Shown in pieces: positions 41,707 to 50,993 of a stretch of DNA of 64,000 nt. Made by a program: the position numbers and the translations under genes. The stretch spans positions 160,001 to 224,000 of the forward strand of contig CAWHAE010000008.1 of the NCBI GenBank assembly GCA_963827235.1. Direction: 5' to 3'. Position 1 is the stretch's first letter; each line of letters begins with the position of its first letter. The notes under the pieces were generated by a model that worked only from the letters and a program-made list of their open reading frames with translations, ran no database searches and had not been told where the DNA came from. The stretch comes from an uncultured bacterium (GTDB taxonomy: Bacteria; Chloroflexota; UBA5177; JANWHV01).

Positions 41707-42903
41707 CTAGTCCGTACTGGTCAGGTAGCCGCTGGAGGTGCTGGAGCTCGTTGCGGATTGCAAAGCTGCGAGCAGAGCCTTCAGAAGGTCCTGGCTGGAC
41801 GAGCTGGACGAACTGGACGAGCTGGTGGAACTCGCCGCATTGGTGGCGCTGGCAGCATCGGACTGCGTGGAACTACTGTCGCTCGCGCCGGTACCGGCCG
41901 GCGGCGGAGGCGGCGGCAGGTTGCCGTTGCCGGCAACGCTGGAAAGAGCGGCCGCGAGCTCCTTGAGGAGGTCGTCTCCGGTCGTGGTCGAGGACGAGGA
42001 CGTGCTCGAGTCGGACGAGCTGGATGACGAGCTCGTGCCGCTCGCGGCGGTCTCGAGCGCAGTGGCCAGCTCCTTGAGCAGACTCTGGCTCTGATCAGTG
42101 CTGCTGCTCGTCGTGCTGGAGTCGGTTGTACTGGTCGACGAGCTGGTGCCGCTCGCCGACGTGGACGTGCTGTCCGAAGATGTGGCCGACTCCAGGGCGG
42201 AAGCGAGTGCGCTCAGCAGCTTCTGACCCCGTTCCACGCTCGCCGAATCAGACGACGAGCCGGAGCTCGTGTCGCCGGTCGCGTTTTCCAGCGCTGCGGC
42301 GAGGTCCTTCAGCATGCCACCGCCGGGAGGCGGCGGCGGGGCGCCGGTCTGCGCAGTCACTGCGGTAGAGCTGCCGCTACTGCTCGTGCTGTCGGTACCG
42401 GAGTCGCCGGTGATGCTCTGCAGGGCGCTGGCAAGGGCCTTTAGCAGATCCTGGCCCGTGAGCGTCGAAGACGAGCTGGATGTGGCGTCAGTACTGGTGG
42501 TGGCGTCGGCGCTGGTCGTGCCATCACTGCTCGTCGTCGAGCTGGTGCCGGCGGTAGAATCGCTGCTCTGACCGATCGCCGACTGCAACGCCTGGGACAA
42601 CGCCTGCAAGAGGTCCTGCCCCTGGAATCCCTGGCCGGACTGGTAGCCGGGCGGCGGCCCATAGGTGTTGCCGTCGTAGGTGATGCCGTTCGTGCTGCTA
42701 GTGGAACCCGACGTGGATGACGTATCGTACGAGCTTTCCAGGTTCTGCAGGGCGTCGTCGGACAGCTCGAGACTGTAGCTTGACTCGCTGGAGGAAGTAG
42801 TGGAGCTGGAGCCAGTTGCCTGGCTGAGGGCTTGTTCGAGAAGCTTTTCGAGACGGCTCGATTCACTGGACGATCCGGTACCGCCGATCGACGAGATACT
42901 CAT
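41707..42903 (-). CDS. Leaderless Ser/Thr-rich protein with seven amphipathic helix repeats and poly-Pro motifs
   Basis: ATG at 42903 after AAGGAG. (G)QDLLxALAxAL(Q/E)SA repeats separated by S/T linkers. Confidence 0.75.
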   Translation of the reverse strand: MSISSIGGTGSSSESSRLEKLLEQALSQATGSSSTTSSSESSYSLELSDDALQNLESSYDTSSTSGSTSSTNGITYDGNTYGPPPGYQSGQGFQGQDLLQALSQALQSAIGQSSDSTAGTSSTTSSDGTTSADATTSTDATSSSSSTLTGQDLLKALASALQSITGDSGTDSTSSSGSSTAVTAQTGAPPPPPGGGMLKDLAAALENATGDTSSGSSSDSASVERGQKLLSALASALESATSSDSTSTSASGTSSSTSTTDSSTTSSSTDQSQSLLKELATALETAASGTSSSSSSSDSSTSSSSTTTGDDLLKELAAALSSVAGNGNLPPPPPPAGTGASDSSSTQSDAASATNAASSTSSSSSSSSSSQDLLKALLAALQSATSSSTSSGYLTSTD

Positions 42904-43026
42904 TCGGCTCACTCCTTTTCGGCTCGGCTCGTGTCAGATGCGATATATACTTCAGGTCGACCTCTGCATCTAGTGTCGTCACGAATACCCGCATTTTCAG
43001 AGCGATAAAGGGCCGAAATTGAGGTT

Positions 43027-43064
43027 CTTGGCAAACTCTTAGCAAGTTCTTAGCGAAACCTTAG
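43027..43064 (+). promoter_or_regulatory. 11-bp-periodic CTTAG array
   Basis: CTTGG 43027, CTTAG 43038, 43049, 43060. Confidence 0.7.
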
Positions 43065-43259
43065 GAAGCAGGCTCAGGGTCAATATCGGAAGCGGCACCC
43101 GCCTCACATCTGACGAGTCGGGCGCAGGCGGCGTGAGAACAACCGGACGATCGGGCGTGGGATGTTCGTGCAAGGGGCGGACATGGCGGCGGTCGACCCG
43201 GTCTATCTGCATGGCGTCCGCGTTCGAGTCAGGCCCGGTTTTGGGACACTTGTCAATCT

Positions 43260-43337
43260 CTTAGTTCTTTCTGTCTGTCTGCTTGCTTTTCACATAGGGT
43301 GCTCTTGGTTGACGTTTCTAACATGAAATCGTAAACA
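43260..43337 (+). promoter_or_regulatory. Degenerate 11-bp array plus possible promoter TTGACG-N17-TAAACA for the surface protein gene
   Basis: CTTAG 43260, CTTGC 43282, CATAG 43293, CTTGG 43304, TTGACG 43309. Confidence 0.35.
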
Positions 43338-43489
43338 GCGGGAGGGCAGCAATCAGTTGCAGCGCAGGCCGGTTAGAAGTCGGGAGATACGGTCAAGGCC
43401 CAACTTGGGTCTGATCGTGCAAACCTGACAACACGCTTGCCCGGGTAGGCTCTCCGCTTCGCGGCGCTCCGCATGGAGGAGGAGTAGCT

Positions 43490-46400
43490 ATGGACGCCAA
43501 TCTTCGTCATTGCACGGCTCATCGCGTTGCCCGTCGTGTCCGTGGGTGGCCGCCAGTCATCGTGGCAGTGCTGGTTGCCAGTATCGTGATCGTTCCCTCG
43601 TGGAACGCAGGGCTCATTCAGGCGGCCTCTAGCAGCCAATCATCTGCCGTACTGCGTGCATCGAATGCAGCCGGCGGCGACACAGTGGCCCGATCGCGTG
43701 TTCTCGACGACGTCACCGCGACCACCGTGCCGACATCCACGTTCGTCCCCACGTCGACCACTGGTCCGACCACCGTCCCGACGTCCACATCCGTCCCCAC
43801 GTCGACCGCTGCCCCGACCACCGTCCCGACGTCCACGTCCGTTCCCACCTCGACGCCGGTGCCTTCGTCCACGTCGACCCACACGGTCGTGCCGACCTCC
43901 ACCGATACTGCGATCCCAACCTCGTCTGATACCGCGACGCAGACTTTCACGGCGACGTCGACGAACACCGCGATAGCCACGGCCACGTCGACGGTCGGAG
44001 GCCTGACACTGAGTCCGTCGTCGGGCGCCAGCGGCGCCAGCGTCTACATCTATGGGAGCGGGTTTTCGTCAAGCGAGGAAGTTTCCATCTATGTCGCCGG
44101 GACATATGACACGTATGTGTACGCCAGCAGCGGCGCGGTGAGCACATACATCTCGTTCCCCTCGACTACAATTACAGGTTACGTGGTCGTCGAGCTGCTC
44201 GGGGCCTCGAGCGGGCACGAGGACACCGGGGAATTCGATGTCACAAGCACCTCGAGTACCACACTCACGTTGTCTCCGACCTCCGGCTCAGCCGGTACCA
44301 CGGTGACGGCCTACGGTAGCGGATTCACGGCAGGGGAGACCGTCGAGGTCATGGCCAACGGCTCGGAGGTGGAAACCACGGCGACCTCGAGCAGCTCAGT
44401 CACCGTCTCCTTCACCTTTCCTTCGACCTCGAGCACCGGCTATAAGACGGTTGAGCTGTACGGACTCACCAGCGGGCATGTCGCCACTGCCTCCTTCTAT
44501 GTCTCCAGCACGTCGAGCACCACGCTCACGCTGTCGCCGACCTACGGAACCACCGGCAGTACCGTCACGGCGTACGGCACCGGATTTACGTACGGCGAGC
44601 TGGTCGAGCTGATGGCCAACGGCTCGTACGTCACAGAACAGACGGCCACGAGTACTGCGGTCACCATATCGTTCAGCTATCCCTCGACATCCAGCACGGG
44701 TTACCAGACAGTTGAAATGTACGGCCTCAGCAGCGGGCACACGGCTACCGCGTCGTTCGACGTGACAAGCACGTCGAGCAGCACGCTCACCTTGTCGCCT
44801 ACCTCGGGAAGTGCCGGCACGACGGTGACCGCCTACGGCACAGGGTTCACCTACGGCGAGTCGATCGAGCTGATGGCGAACGGCACGGAGGTAGAGGAAG
44901 TCACGGCGAGCAGCACTGCCGTCACCGTCTCGTTCAGCTACCCCTCGACGTCCAGCACTGGCTATCAAACGGTGGAGCTCTACGGTCTGAGCAGTGGGCA
45001 CACGGCGAGTGGTTCCTTCTACGTCTCGAGCACCTCGAGCAGCACGCTCACCCTGTCACCCACTTCCGGGACCACTGGTACCACAGTCACCGCCTATGGC
45101 ACCGGATTCACCTATGGCGAGTCGGTCGAGGTGCTGGCGAACGGCACCGAGATAGAGGTCGTGACGGCTACAAGCACGGCTGTGACGATCTCCTTCAGCT
45201 ACCCCTCTACGTCCGCCACGGGATATCAGACAGTAGAGCTCTACGGCCTGTCCAGCGGGCATACGGCGTCGGCCTCGTTCTACGTCACCGCTACGTCGAC
45301 CTCGAGCTTCACGTTGAGCCCGACCAGTGGCAAGCCGGGAGCGACGGTGTCGGCGACCGGCTATGAAACCACGTTCAGTCTTTATGGCGCTCAGACCGTC
45401 ACGATCAGCTTCGGCGGCACACAGGTCGCCACCGTGACGCCCGGCACCGCGGGCTACTTCAGCGTGTCCTTCACGGTCCCGAGCGGATTCAGCGGTACGG
45501 TGACGGTCACGGCCACCGCCGCGGCCTACGGCTATTCTGCCTCCCAGACCTTCTCGGTCGTCAAGCCAACGCTGACACTTGGTAGCAGCTCTGCGGTGCC
45601 CGGTACCCTGGTCTCGCTCAGTGGTACTGGATACACGCCGGGCGAGACTGTGACGATCACTCTGCCCGGGGGCGGCACCACCACTGCCACTGCCGGTAGC
45701 TCGGGCGCGCTGAGCACCTCGGTGACCATCCCGGCCGGTCTGTCCGCGGGTAGCGCCACGATCAGCGCGATAGGATCGAGCAGCCAGATCACGGTGAGCG
45801 CCACGCTGACCATAACCGGCGCCAGCCTGAGCGCAAGACCGGCCAGCGTCTCTGCAGGGAGCCAGGTCACGTTCAGCGGGAGCGGTTTTGCTCCCGGCGA
45901 AGTGGTGCAGCTCAGCGATTCGACAGGCGATAGCCAGAGCGTGGTGGCCGACAACCAGGGCGGCATGAGCGTAACGATTACGGTTCCTGCCACCCAGGTC
46001 ACGGGGTCGGCCGCGTTCACGGCACGAGGCCTGACGAGCAAATCGTCGGCATCGGCCACGGTCTTCGTGGCTGCGGTTGCCGTTCGTGCTGCTACCCCGA
46101 CCAGCACGCCGAGGCCGACCGTGCAGGTCTCGCCTACGGTGGCTGCTCCGAGCGCAAACACCGGTAGCTCCACCTGGTACTTCGCGGCCGGTCGCACGGA
46201 CAAGGGCTACAGCGAGCAGGTCGACGTGCTCAATCCCAATCATAGCTTGGTTCGCGGCACCATCACCCTGTACTACGGGAGCGGGAAGAGTACTTCCACC
46301 TCATTCAGCCTGGGAGCACTGGAACGCGGGACGTACGATGTGGGCAGCATTGTCGGCATGCAGCGCGGCATTGCAATTGTGATCAAAGCCGGCATGCCGG

Positions 46401-47419
46401 TGGCAGCGACGGTCACCGGCGAGCACGGCACAACCAACAAGACCGTGCTGAGCGGTGTCTCGGCGACGGCAGACAAGTGGTACTTTGCCGACGGCTATAC
46501 CACCAAGGCGTTCGTGGAAACCCTGGACGTGTTCAACCCAGGATCCACCTCCGCGTCCGTGCGGGTGACGTGGCCTCGGACCGGCGGCAAGTCCGTGCAG
46601 ACGACATTCACAGTGGCAGCGCATAGCGTGCGGTCGGTGTCCGTAAACAAGTATGTGCCAGGCACGTCGCATGCCATGATCGTGAGCTCCAATCACGCTG
46701 TGGTCGTGGCTCGCGAGACGGTATTCGGGTCCAAGAGCCAGGGGACTATGGTTACTCAGGGTACGTCACGTGCCGCGACCAAGCTCTACCTGGCCGAGGG
46801 CTCCACGACCGGTGGTGTCCAGGAATCGGTGACCGTGCTTGACCCCGGCAGCAAGAGCGCGCATGTTACGCTGACGTTCTATGCAAGTAGCGGCAAGTCC
46901 ATCGCCAAGCGCACGCTGACGGTCGGCAGCGTGCAGCGGCAGAGCATCGACGTCAACAGCATCACGAACTCGGCCTCGGTGGCGGCCGTTGTCAGCAGTG
47001 ACGTGCCGGTAGTGGCCGAGCGAATCATCTTCACCGGCAGCCCCAACGGAAGCTCCGCTGGCGGCACAGACGTGCTGGCGAGTGCGATCGCTGCCAGCGG
47101 CTGGGCCTTCGCCTCCGGTGACACGAGCGCCGGCAACAAGGAGTTCATCACTCTGCTCAACCCGGTGGGCAAGGCCGCGACGATCGTGGCCACCTGGTAC
47201 TCGAGCAGTGGCGAGCTCGTTCAGAGGCAGTTCACCCTGCCGGCCAACGCACGGATCACGATTGACGTCTCGCGCTCGGCGGGCACACTGCCGGCCGGAA
47301 GTCATGCCACGGTCCTGCGATCGCTGGCCGGTTCGCCGTTCGTCGTCGAACAGTCGCTCTATGATGGCGCGATGAAGCAGTGCGGCACGACGTCGGGCAC
47401 GTCGCTCGTCGGATCGTAA
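43490..47419 (+). CDS. Large secreted surface protein: Thr-rich linker, eight Ig/IPT-like repeats, four YFAxG-type (DUF5719-like) repeats
   Basis: Signal/TM segment, VPTST repeats, LTLSPTSGxxGTTVTAYGTGF modules, WYFAAGRT/WYFADGYT/LYLAEGST/WAFASGDT. Confidence 0.82.
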   Translation: MDANLRHCTAHRVARRVRGWPPVIVAVLVASIVIVPSWNAGLIQAASSSQSSAVLRASNAAGGDTVARSRVLDDVTATTVPTSTFVPTSTTGPTTVPTSTSVPTSTAAPTTVPTSTSVPTSTPVPSSTSTHTVVPTSTDTAIPTSSDTATQTFTATSTNTAIATATSTVGGLTLSPSSGASGASVYIYGSGFSSSEEVSIYVAGTYDTYVYASSGAVSTYISFPSTTITGYVVVELLGASSGHEDTGEFDVTSTSSTTLTLSPTSGSAGTTVTAYGSGFTAGETVEVMANGSEVETTATSSSSVTVSFTFPSTSSTGYKTVELYGLTSGHVATASFYVSSTSSTTLTLSPTYGTTGSTVTAYGTGFTYGELVELMANGSYVTEQTATSTAVTISFSYPSTSSTGYQTVEMYGLSSGHTATASFDVTSTSSSTLTLSPTSGSAGTTVTAYGTGFTYGESIELMANGTEVEEVTASSTAVTVSFSYPSTSSTGYQTVELYGLSSGHTASGSFYVSSTSSSTLTLSPTSGTTGTTVTAYGTGFTYGESVEVLANGTEIEVVTATSTAVTISFSYPSTSATGYQTVELYGLSSGHTASASFYVTATSTSSFTLSPTSGKPGATVSATGYETTFSLYGAQTVTISFGGTQVATVTPGTAGYFSVSFTVPSGFSGTVTVTATAAAYGYSASQTFSVVKPTLTLGSSSAVPGTLVSLSGTGYTPGETVTITLPGGGTTTATAGSSGALSTSVTIPAGLSAGSATISAIGSSSQITVSATLTITGASLSARPASVSAGSQVTFSGSGFAPGEVVQLSDSTGDSQSVVADNQGGMSVTITVPATQVTGSAAFTARGLTSKSSASATVFVAAVAVRAATPTSTPRPTVQVSPTVAAPSANTGSSTWYFAAGRTDKGYSEQVDVLNPNHSLVRGTITLYYGSGKSTSTSFSLGALERGTYDVGSIVGMQRGIAIVIKAGMPVAATVTGEHGTTNKTVLSGVSATADKWYFADGYTTKAFVETLDVFNPGSTSASVRVTWPRTGGKSVQTTFTVAAHSVRSVSVNKYVPGTSHAMIVSSNHAVVVARETVFGSKSQGTMVTQGTSRAATKLYLAEGSTTGGVQESVTVLDPGSKSAHVTLTFYASSGKSIAKRTLTVGSVQRQSIDVNSITNSASVAAVVSSDVPVVAERIIFTGSPNGSSAGGTDVLASAIAASGWAFASGDTSAGNKEFITLLNPVGKAATIVATWYSSSGELVQRQFTLPANARITIDVSRSAGTLPAGSHATVLRSLAGSPFVVEQSLYDGAMKQCGTTSGTSLVGS

Positions 47420-47439
47420 GCCCCGAGTCGCCACGCCCA

Positions 47440-47482
47440 GTGCCGTGAGGGAGCGGTCCAGTGATCCGCTCCCTCACGGCAC
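47440..47482 (+). terminator. Stem-loop terminator
   Basis: GTGCCGTGAGGGAGCGG...CCGCTCCCTCACGGCAC 17-bp stem 20 nt after the stop. Confidence 0.65.
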
Positions 47483-47599
47483 GTTGCTGTCGCCGCCCGC
47501 GGTCCACATGAACTCGGTCGGCCCTCGCGCGAAGGCCGGCGGGAGCTGATTGTCTGTGGAGAACGAGTCTCAGTAACCGGAGAGTGGTCGAGCCATTCT

Positions 47600-47637
47600 C
47601 TTGGCGAGCTCTCAGAGTACTCTTAGGCTCTTCTTAC
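47600..47637 (+). promoter_or_regulatory. 11-bp-periodic CTTAG-like array upstream of the GT-C gene
   Basis: CTTGG 47600, CTCAG 47611, CTTAG 47622, CTTAC 47633. Confidence 0.7.
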
Positions 47638-47785
47638 CGCTCAGTCATACACGCTCAGTACGCTGATCGGGTAGATCCCGCAGGGATCCTCGTCGGCCGC
47701 CGGGTCCCGCAGACAGCGAACCAGGCACCGGCCGGGGGCGTCCCAGCTGGACTCGAGTCGCGAGAAAGGAAACCGTCGAACGACG

Positions 47786-50734
47786 ATGGCCATTCGTGAA
47801 ATGCAAGCCCTGAGGGTGCGTGAACGCTCGCGCGCCGTCGACTACGCCGGCGCCCGGGTGATCATGGTGCCATGGCATCGGTTGGCGCTCGGGAGCATCC
47901 TCCTGCTCGCTGTGGTACTCAACTCGTGGGACCTGTCACGCCTCGGCTACGGAAATTCGTATTACGCGGCTGCCGTGCGCAGCATGATGCAGAGCTGGCA
48001 CAACTTCTTCTTCAACTCGTTTGATCCAGGAGGCTTCGTCACCATCGACAAGCCACCGCTGGGATTCTGGTTCCAGGTTGTGAGCGCCAAGCTGTTCGGC
48101 TTCAACGGAATCAGCCTGCTCCTGCCGTCGCTGGTGGCCGGCATTCTCTCAGTGTGGCTGCTCTATGTTCTGGTCGGTCGCGTGTTCGGTCGCGGTGCCG
48201 GGCTGCTCTCCGCGCTGGTCATGGCAGTCACTCCGGTGGCAATCGCTACCAACCGCAGCAACATCATCGACAGCATTCTGGTGCTATTTCTGATTCTGGC
48301 CGCGTGGGCCTTGAGCGTGGCAGCCGCGCGCGGCAGCCTGCGCTGGCTCCTCCTGTGTGCGATGCTTGTCGGGCTGGCCTTCAACGTCAAGATGCTCGAA
48401 GCCTACCTGGCAGTGCCCGCATTCGCAGTCGTCTACCTGCTTGGGGCATCGACCGCCTGGTGGAAGCGCATCATCCACATGCTGATAGCCGCGGTGGTGA
48501 TGCTGGTAGTCTCCCTGTCGTGGGCCTTGGCCGTGGACTTGACCCCAGCCAGCCAGCGGCCATGGGTTGACTCGACCAGCACCAACTCCGAGATCGATCT
48601 GGCGACGGGTTACAACGGTCTGCAGCGACTCACCGGTCAAGGCGGCCCGGGCGGAGGCGGCCCGGGCGGAGGCGGCGCGGGCGGAGGCGGCGCGCCCGGT
48701 CGGGCCGGCGGACGCCAACCCGCTGGTGGCGCCACGGGAAGTAGCAGCAAGACAGGCACGCCGCAGAGTCTCTCGACCATAGGCGGTAACACCGCCGGCA
48801 CGACAAATCAATCCAGTGTCCCGGCACGGCCTGCCGCCGGGTCCCAGCCCGCTACTGGGACCCAGCTTGGTGCCGGGGCACAGCTTGCTCCCGGGATGCA
48901 GACGGCATCAGGTTCCCAGCCTGGTGCGGGGGCCCAACCTGCCGCAGGCTCCCAGCCTGCATTGGGGTCCCAAACTGCTTCGGGATCCCTACCTGCTGCG
49001 GGATCCCAGGCCGCCACCGGGGCTCAGCTTGGGGCCGGGATGCAGCCTGCGACCGGGTCGCAGACTGCACCTGGCTCCCAGACTGGTGTGGCAACGCAGT
49101 TCTCTGCTGGCTCACAACCGGGTACCGGGATCGCCGGCTCGGGCGCACCGGTTACCGGAGCGACCGGTAGCTCGACCAGCGGCAGCGGCTTTCCGGGAAA
49201 CGCGAACGGCAACGGTGGTGGCCCTGGCGGCAACGCTGGTGGCCCTGGCGGCAACGGTGGTGGCCCTGGCGGCGGCGGTGGTGGCCCTGGCGGCGGCGGA
49301 CCAGGTGGCGGCGGCATGTTCGGCACCGGCAATCCAGGGTGGTTCCGCCTGTTCGGCCAGGACTTGGGCGGCCAGGCGAGCTGGCTACTGCCACTAGCCG
49401 CAATCGGATTTCTCGTGGTAGTAGCGAGCCGGCGCTTTCGTCCAACCCTCGATAGAGAGCAACAGACCGCCCTGCTGTGGGGTATATGGCTTCTCACTAC
49501 GGCGGTGTTCTTTAGCGTGGCAGGCTTCTTCCACCAGTACTATCTTGTTACCATGGCGGCACCCATAGCCGCGCTCTCCGGAATCGGCGTGAGCGTCCTC
49601 TGGCAGCAGTACTGCGCGCGCCGCTGGCTTGGCTTGCTGCTCCCGATCGCTTTGCCGATCACGGCTGCGGTCCAGGTGTCGTTGTTGCAGCCCTATCCAT
49701 CGTGGAGTAGCTGGCTGGAGCCGCTGATATATGGGATGACCGGCATCGGCACAGTGATGCTGATACTGGCCCGACTGCTGCGCCTGCATTTCGCTGGTGC
49801 CTTGGCACCCGCCGCCCTCGGCATTGCTCTAGCCTCTGTGCTGGTAGCACCGGCGGCTTGGGCGGCCAACACGGCGACGAGTGGCGGCGGTGGCGGAACG
49901 CCGAGCGCCGGTCCTTCCGCGTCCCAGGGCGGTCCCGGCGGCGGAGGCAGCGGGTCCTTCGGCGGCAACATTGAGCGCGGCGAGTCCAGCGCCGCTTCAC
50001 AGGCGGAGCATGCACAGCCCCTCGAACGTGGCCAAGCGCCCACGAGTGGTCAGATGTCGAAGGACGGGCCGGCTCCTACGAGCGGCCAGGCGCCCAGGAG
50101 CGGCCGTACCTCCACGGGCCTAGGACCGTCGGAGAGCAGTCCTGGTTCCGGCGGTGGCTCCGGAAACGCCGGTGGTGCGGGTGGTGACAATCTGCTGCAA
50201 TACTTGCTGAAGCACCAGGGCAAGACGAAGTTCCTGGTTGCGGTGGGAGACTCCAACAGCGCGGCATCCTACATTATCCAGACAGGCAAGCCGGTGATGT
50301 CCATGGGTGGCTTCACGGGCAGCGACCCGATTCTGACATTGGATCGCCTGAAGACGCTGATCAAGACCAACGCCGTGCGGTTCTTCCAGGGAGTAGGCGG
50401 TCGCGGCTCCGGCGGCGACGTCTCGAGCTGGGTGCAGAGCACGTGCAAGGCCGTCACGGTCGGTGCCAACGGCACCGCCACCGTCACCTCTCCGTCCGCG
50501 AACAGCTCGGCGACCAAGACCGGTTCGTCAGGGTCCGGCGGACAAGCAGGAAGCGCCGTACCCGGAGGATCGAGGAGCACGCTCGTGACCGACTCGAGTT
50601 CCACACACACGACGCTTGGCACAAGCTCAAACGGGCAAGGTTTTGCCGGCGGCCCACAGGGTGGCGGCGGCGGATTCGGTGGCATGGGAGGTAACAATCA
50701 GCAGCTCTACGACTGCGCGGGCGCGGTGAAGTAA
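47786..50734 (+). CDS. YkcB/ArnT-like (PMT_2) GT-C glycosyltransferase with Gly-rich insertions
   Basis: GNSYYAAAVRSM..WHNFFF.SFDP.GF.TIDKPP, AFNVKML, GYNGLQRL, FHQYY, PVMSMGGFTGSDP. Confidence 0.88.
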   Translation: MAIREMQALRVRERSRAVDYAGARVIMVPWHRLALGSILLLAVVLNSWDLSRLGYGNSYYAAAVRSMMQSWHNFFFNSFDPGGFVTIDKPPLGFWFQVVSAKLFGFNGISLLLPSLVAGILSVWLLYVLVGRVFGRGAGLLSALVMAVTPVAIATNRSNIIDSILVLFLILAAWALSVAAARGSLRWLLLCAMLVGLAFNVKMLEAYLAVPAFAVVYLLGASTAWWKRIIHMLIAAVVMLVVSLSWALAVDLTPASQRPWVDSTSTNSEIDLATGYNGLQRLTGQGGPGGGGPGGGGAGGGGAPGRAGGRQPAGGATGSSSKTGTPQSLSTIGGNTAGTTNQSSVPARPAAGSQPATGTQLGAGAQLAPGMQTASGSQPGAGAQPAAGSQPALGSQTASGSLPAAGSQAATGAQLGAGMQPATGSQTAPGSQTGVATQFSAGSQPGTGIAGSGAPVTGATGSSTSGSGFPGNANGNGGGPGGNAGGPGGNGGGPGGGGGGPGGGGPGGGGMFGTGNPGWFRLFGQDLGGQASWLLPLAAIGFLVVVASRRFRPTLDREQQTALLWGIWLLTTAVFFSVAGFFHQYYLVTMAAPIAALSGIGVSVLWQQYCARRWLGLLLPIALPITAAVQVSLLQPYPSWSSWLEPLIYGMTGIGTVMLILARLLRLHFAGALAPAALGIALASVLVAPAAWAANTATSGGGGGTPSAGPSASQGGPGGGGSGSFGGNIERGESSAASQAEHAQPLERGQAPTSGQMSKDGPAPTSGQAPRSGRTSTGLGPSESSPGSGGGSGNAGGAGGDNLLQYLLKHQGKTKFLVAVGDSNSAASYIIQTGKPVMSMGGFTGSDPILTLDRLKTLIKTNAVRFFQGVGGRGSGGDVSSWVQSTCKAVTVGANGTATVTSPSANSSATKTGSSGSGGQAGSAVPGGSRSTLVTDSSSTHTTLGTSSNGQGFAGGPQGGGGGFGGMGGNNQQLYDCAGAVK
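48833..49120 (+). repeat. 16 hexapeptide (18-bp) repeats xxGxQx inside the GT-C
   Basis: AAGSQP ATGTQL GAGAQL APGMQT ... SAGSQP, exactly 288 bp. Confidence 0.8.
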
Positions 50735-50869
50735 GTGCCGGCACCGCCTTGCCGGCTCGAAGGCGTATGGCATGCAATCGCTTGATTCCAGGCTCGCGGC
50801 CTTGTTGAGGCGGAACGCCGCGAGTCTCCCGGCACCTGCCGGTCGGTGCGCAGTCAGGCCCGGTCTGCC

Positions 50870-50916
50870 GCTACCACAAACCAGTCGCGCCGCCGGCGCG
50901 ACTGGTTTGTGGTAGC
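50870..50916. terminator. Perfect 23-bp-arm inverted repeat between convergent genes
   Basis: GCTACCACAAACCAGTCGCGCCG-C-CGGCGCGACTGGTTTGTGGTAGC. Confidence 0.6.
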
Positions 50917-50993
50917 ACCGTCCTACGCTGGCGTAACGTGCCCCGTGAGATCAGGAGCCGGATACCGCGCTCTCGACATGCCGCCTCGACGCG

